Shown here: positions 60,054 to 64,000 of the stretch, piece by piece
Position numbering within the stretch: position 1 is the first letter of the stretch
How the letters are laid out: each line of letters opens with the position of its first letter
IMG/VR virus record: IMGVR_UViG_3300025132_007932
Coordinates: 34,425-98,424 of that record
Reading direction: 5' to 3' (one strand)
From: a virus
Length of the DNA: 64,000 nt
Made by a program: the position numbers and the translations under genes
The notes under the pieces: model-generated
What the model was told of the DNA's origin: nothing
What the model saw: the letters and a program-made list of their open reading frames with translations, nothing else
The model's database searches: none

Positions 60054-63000
60054 GTGAAATTTGCTCATATTAGTGATACTCACATTAAAAATTTAAAATA
60101 TCATTACGAATATCGAGTCATCTTTGAGCAGCTATACGAAAAGCTGCGAGAAGAAAATGTTGATTACATAGTTCATACGGGTGACGTCGCCCACACAAAG
60201 ACTCAGATTTCCCCAGAGTATGTGGAGTTGTGCGCACAATTTTTTGAGAATCTTGCGAACATTGCACCGACGTATGCTATTCTAGGTAATCATGATGGCA
60301 ACCTGAAGAACAGTAGTCGTCAAGATGCTTTGACGCCGATCTTTAATGCATTGGACCATCCGAACCTGCATCTGTTGAAGGATTCGGGAGAGACAAATAT
60401 TGGCGACAAGTTCTGCTTTAACGTACTTTCAGTATTCGATCGCGATAACTGGATCAAGCCAACAAACGCAGACAAGATCAATATAGCCCTATATCACGGC
60501 TCAATCAGTAATTGTAAGACAGATGTTGGCTGGGTAATGCTTAACGGCGAAGATACAATGGAGATCTTCGATGGATTTGATTTTGCGATGCTTGGAGATA
60601 TTCACCGCCGTCAGATCCTTGACAAGACCGGCCGCATTTGGTACGCCGGCAGCACCGTACAGCAGAATCACGGCGAAACCAACGATAAGGGTATCCTTAT
60701 TTGGGATATCAAATCAAAGGATGAATGGGATGTTGAGCCTGTTGTATTCAATAATCCGAAGCCGTTCATTACTTTAGAGCTTACGCCAAAGGGTCGTATG
60801 CCAAAGGGCGCAAGTGTCCCAGAGGGAGCTAGGCTTCGTATTGTGAGTAATAACAATTTGCCGCTCAATACCATGAAGCGTGCAATGGACATTGCAAAAC
60901 ATCGGTTTAAGCCGGAAGTGGTGACGTTTCTTAACCGGGCTGCCGGCGAACGCGGAGATGTCACCGAACTCACGGATAACCTGAAGACGGAAAACCTCCG
61001 AGACATCAACATTCAAGAAGAGTTGATGGATGAATATCTAAAAGAATATCAAGTTGAGACTTCGACATTGGAAAAAATATATGAACTTAACCGTAAATAT
61101 AAGAAAATGGTCGAAGATGAAAATGATATCTCTAGAAATGTTAACTGGAAATTAGCCAATTTTGAGTTTGACAACTTATTTAATTATGGGGAAAACAACA
61201 ATGTCGGCTTTGATGAGCTTAACGGGATTACAGGGATCTTTGGCAAGAACTTTTCTGGGAAGAGTAGTATTATTGATGCTGTGCTTTGGACTCTTTTTAA
61301 CACAACCTCGAAAAATGAGCGCAAGAATCTCAATGTTATTAACCAGAATAAAGAATTCTGTCGAGGTAAGTTGACGATTGTTGTTGGCCACAAAACTTAT
61401 ACAGTCGAAAGAACTGCTGAAAAATATATTAAACGCTTAAAGGGCGAAGAAACGCAGGAGGCGAAAACTGACCTCAATTTTGAAGTATACGATGAAGTTC
61501 TGGGTGATACAACATCATTAAACGGTTTAAGTCGGATACACACGGATGCAATTATTAGAAAACACTTTGGAGAATGTGAAGACTTTTTGATTTCATCAAT
61601 GGCATCTCAACATGGCGCCCTGGCTTTCATTGATGAGGGCTCCACACGACGTAAAGAGATTATTGCCAAGTTTCTTGATTTAGAAATTTTTGAAAAGAAA
61701 TTTAAGCTTGCAAAAGAAGATAGCACCGATTTGAAGGGTGCAATCCGGCGCCTAGGTGAACGAGATTATGACGAAGAAATAGAAGAAGCAGTCCAAAACT
61801 TATCTACTAAGAAAAAACAGCTTGATGCACATGAGGAACAATGCACCTATCTTAAAACAGAGATGGATAATATGGCTCGCGACTGTGAGGATTTGAGGGT
61901 TAGCATAGAGGCTATCCCAGAAGAGGTGATCAACGTTGCAGATACGACACGTCAGATTCAAAAGAAGCAGATGCAAGTATCCTCATATGAAGCAGAAAAT
62001 AAGCAAAATGTCATATACTTAAACGAAAAGCGTTTGGTGGCGCAAAAGATCGATGATTATTTAGGGCAGATAGATGCTGTCACGCTCGCTAAACAAAGTG
62101 ATGCCATCGAAGCTTTGAGAAATCAACACGCAGAACAGATAAATACTGTAGATTCTTTATTGAAAAAGGTAGAACAGATAGAAAAGAAGTCAAAGCTTCT
62201 TCAAGGTCACAAATATGATCCTAACTGTGAATATTGCTGTGAAAATGAATTTGTTAAGGAAGCCCACGATGCTGTAAACAGTTTGCCGAAAATCAGAAAT
62301 GAACAAGCTTCTGAGCAGTCACAATTAAGAATGATCGACGCAAAGCTTCAGAGCTTACGTCCGAAGTTGATTCAAGAAAAGTTATCCAAGTACAACAAGG
62401 TTGCTGACAAGAAAAATATAGTTACTCATGAAATAGCAGATCTTAATTTGTCGATTGAGAAAAATCAAGCATCCATTGAGCGTATAGGTTATGAATTAAG
62501 AGAGCTGGAAGAAAAGAAGCAAAAGTACGAAGAAAATAAAGATGTTATCGAGAATTTTGAAGAATTTACAAATGAATTGGCCTCCTGTACTGCGAAGCTG
62601 GAAAAAGCCAACAACAGTTACAAAAAATGTCAAAACCAAACTTTAACTCTTTACAAAGAGGTCGGCTCGCTAGAAAAGAACGTAGAAAACATCAAAGAAC
62701 AAAAACAGGAGTATTTAAACTTACAAGAGGAATTCTCGGCCTATGATCTTTATATGCGTTGTATGCACACATCTGGCATTGCTTACGATATTATTAAACG
62801 CAAACTTCCAGTTATCAACCAAGAGGTCGCAAAAGTCTTAGCAAACATTGTTGACTTTGAAATCTTCTTTGAAGATTCTGGTAAGAAATTCGATATTTTC
62901 ATTAAACACCCCAAACATGAACCTCGTCCTATCGAGATGGCTTCTGGTGCCGAAAAGACTATGGGTGCAATGGCAATTAGATTAGCGCTCTTAAGTGTTT

Positions 63001-63212
63001 CTTCTTTGCCTAAGAGTGATTTATTTATTCTTGACGAACCTGGCACAGCTCTGGATGAGGAAAATATGGAGGGTTTTATTCGGATTTTGGAACTAATTAA
63101 GGTATATTTCAAGAACGTTTTGTTGATCTCTCATCTTGATTCACTCAAAGATTGTGTTGACATGCAAATCGTGATTGAAAAAAAATTAGGATATGCAAAG
63201 GTTAACCAATAA
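60054..63212 (+). CDS. Mre11-Rad50 (SbcD-SbcC, gp47-gp46) fusion nuclease-ATPase
   Basis: Nuclease motifs DTH, GDVAH, GNHD, YHG, LGDIH, YAGS; Walker A GKNFSGKS; coiled coil with CEYC hook; signature ASGAE; Walker B LFILDEP; LISH. Confidence 0.92.
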   Translation: MKFAHISDTHIKNLKYHYEYRVIFEQLYEKLREENVDYIVHTGDVAHTKTQISPEYVELCAQFFENLANIAPTYAILGNHDGNLKNSSRQDALTPIFNALDHPNLHLLKDSGETNIGDKFCFNVLSVFDRDNWIKPTNADKINIALYHGSISNCKTDVGWVMLNGEDTMEIFDGFDFAMLGDIHRRQILDKTGRIWYAGSTVQQNHGETNDKGILIWDIKSKDEWDVEPVVFNNPKPFITLELTPKGRMPKGASVPEGARLRIVSNNNLPLNTMKRAMDIAKHRFKPEVVTFLNRAAGERGDVTELTDNLKTENLRDINIQEELMDEYLKEYQVETSTLEKIYELNRKYKKMVEDENDISRNVNWKLANFEFDNLFNYGENNNVGFDELNGITGIFGKNFSGKSSIIDAVLWTLFNTTSKNERKNLNVINQNKEFCRGKLTIVVGHKTYTVERTAEKYIKRLKGEETQEAKTDLNFEVYDEVLGDTTSLNGLSRIHTDAIIRKHFGECEDFLISSMASQHGALAFIDEGSTRRKEIIAKFLDLEIFEKKFKLAKEDSTDLKGAIRRLGERDYDEEIEEAVQNLSTKKKQLDAHEEQCTYLKTEMDNMARDCEDLRVSIEAIPEEVINVADTTRQIQKKQMQVSSYEAENKQNVIYLNEKRLVAQKIDDYLGQIDAVTLAKQSDAIEALRNQHAEQINTVDSLLKKVEQIEKKSKLLQGHKYDPNCEYCCENEFVKEAHDAVNSLPKIRNEQASEQSQLRMIDAKLQSLRPKLIQEKLSKYNKVADKKNIVTHEIADLNLSIEKNQASIERIGYELRELEEKKQKYEENKDVIENFEEFTNELASCTAKLEKANNSYKKCQNQTLTLYKEVGSLEKNVENIKEQKQEYLNLQEEFSAYDLYMRCMHTSGIAYDIIKRKLPVINQEVAKVLANIVDFEIFFEDSGKKFDIFIKHPKHEPRPIEMASGAEKTMGAMAIRLALLSVSSLPKSDLFILDEPGTALDEENMEGFIRILELIKVYFKNVLLISHLDSLKDCVDMQIVIEKKLGYAKVNQ

Positions 63213-64000
63213 TGTCTAACGATAACGATAATAATGAGTTCGATTTTCTGCCTCCCGCAGAGCCACCCCCAGCGTTTGTGCAAGAAAAGGATAGTTTTCA
63301 CGAAGAAGTAGAAGCAGAAGATTTTGGAATGGTTGAGGATTTCGGATTACAGATGGAATACTCTGATGAAGATTTACTCCCAGAGAATACTGCGCCCTCA
63401 TCTATTAATGTCGGCTTTGTCGGTGTCGGCGGTGGAGGCAACAAAATGGCGAATGCGTTTATTGAACTTGGTTTTAATAAAACACTGCTTGTGAATACAA
63501 CAGGCAAAGACATTCCAAAGAATGTCGAAGAGGATCACGTTGTCCTTATACCAGATGCAGATGGCATCGGAAAAAACGTAGATTATGGAAAAGAGGTTTT
63601 AAGTCAAAATGGTGCAATTGTTGAAGATGCTCTCCGCATCAAGCTCGGTAAAGTTGATTGGTTATTCGTCCTTGCTGGCGGTGGTGGTGGTACCGGTAGT
63701 TCTGTTACCGCTCTGCACCCTGTCTTTGAGCGTTACTTACGTTCTATTCAGGCAAGCGGCAAAGTCGTTTATATAGTTTCATGGCCGACAGCACAAGAAA
63801 GTCTTAATCCTACAATCGCTCGTAATGCGTTGACGCTGGCAAATGATGTCACCAAGCATCCGCATATCATTCTCGATAATGAACGAGCCACTCGCTTACT
63901 TCGCGGCAGAATCGGCATGCTTGGCATGTATCCTGTCGCCAACACACAATTTGCTAAGTCATTAGCCCAAGTGTTAAAACTCTCCACTGAGGATTCACCG
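63212..64000 (+). CDS. Tubulin/FtsZ-superfamily GTPase (PhuZ/TubZ-like), 3' truncated; absent from the ORF track
   Basis: TAATG-coupled ATG at 63212, open to the window end. Manual translation gives VGVGGGGNK, VNT..D, DGIGKN...G, AGGGGGTGS, P..QE and ILDNE. Confidence 0.9.
   Translation, partial: MSNDNDNNEFDFLPPAEPPPAFVQEKDSFHEEVEAEDFGMVEDFGLQMEYSDEDLLPENTAPSSINVGFVGVGGGGNKMANAFIELGFNKTLLVNTTGKDIPKNVEEDHVVLIPDADGIGKNVDYGKEVLSQNGAIVEDALRIKLGKVDWLFVLAGGGGGTGSSVTALHPVFERYLRSIQASGKVVYIVSWPTAQESLNPTIARNALTLANDVTKHPHIILDNERATRLLRGRIGMLGMYPVANTQFAKSLAQVLKLSTEDSP

Noticed and set aside
761-63987. Numerous minus-strand and nested short ORFs (e.g. 45462-46004, 18709-19239, 63298-63513, 63769-63987)
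   Set aside because: They are antisense or alternative-frame shadows of well-supported + strand genes and carry no motifs. The last ones overlap the tubulin gene.
1-64000. Eukaryotic giant virus (suggested by sugar genes, the Mre11-Rad50 fusion and tubulin)
   Set aside because: SD sequences, sigma70 promoters, coupled operons, gp25/gp6 baseplate genes and a peptidoglycan peptidase all indicate a bacteriophage.
1-64000. Stop-codon reassignment
   Set aside because: Code 11 gives near-complete coding density with multi-kb ORFs, and TAA, TAG and TGA all end genes at coupled junctions.
1-64000. CRISPR arrays, tRNAs, introns, inteins
   Set aside because: Intergenic gaps are short, with no spaced direct repeats or cloverleafs noticed. 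The primase and Mre11-Rad50 have normal lengths with no intein motifs.

Overview
This window is a segment of a large tailed dsDNA bacteriophage genome (myovirus-like, probably jumbo-sized), roughly 38-40% GC by eye. It is densely coding, every supported gene is on the + strand, and many genes are translationally coupled. (1) 1-12.5 kb is a nucleotide-sugar/glycosylation cluster truncated at the left edge: a ThDP E1-alpha/beta pair, four glycosyltransferases, UDP-Glc dehydrogenase, a sulfotransferase, an SDR decarboxylase/epimerase, Gmd + Fcl/ColC-like + ColD-like enzymes, a methyltransferase, split HldA/HldC heptose enzymes, a HAD phosphatase and a cupin. (2) 12.5-14.3 kb holds small genes and a phage sigma factor. 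(3) 14.3-56 kb is a baseplate/tail module: an M15 peptidase, gp25 and gp6/J-like wedge proteins, 2329-aa and 3974-aa (LamG) giant proteins, and two paralog families; several of these genes are preceded by a TATTTA motif. (4) 56-64 kb has a RuvC-like resolvase, an FKBP-HeH fusion, a DNA primase, two proteins with an MKITKKQL leader, an Mre11-Rad50 fusion, and a tubulin/FtsZ-family gene that runs off the right edge and is missing from the ORF track. The main leads are a possible self-contained virion glycosylation system (the sugar cluster plus [ST]-[GAS]-S-rich structural proteins), strong HIP1-like over-representation of the palindrome GCCGGC, a sigma factor/TATTTA late-promoter pair, a putative capsid-targeting leader, and the phage tubulin. 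All functional calls come from motif recognition by eye; no database searches were run.
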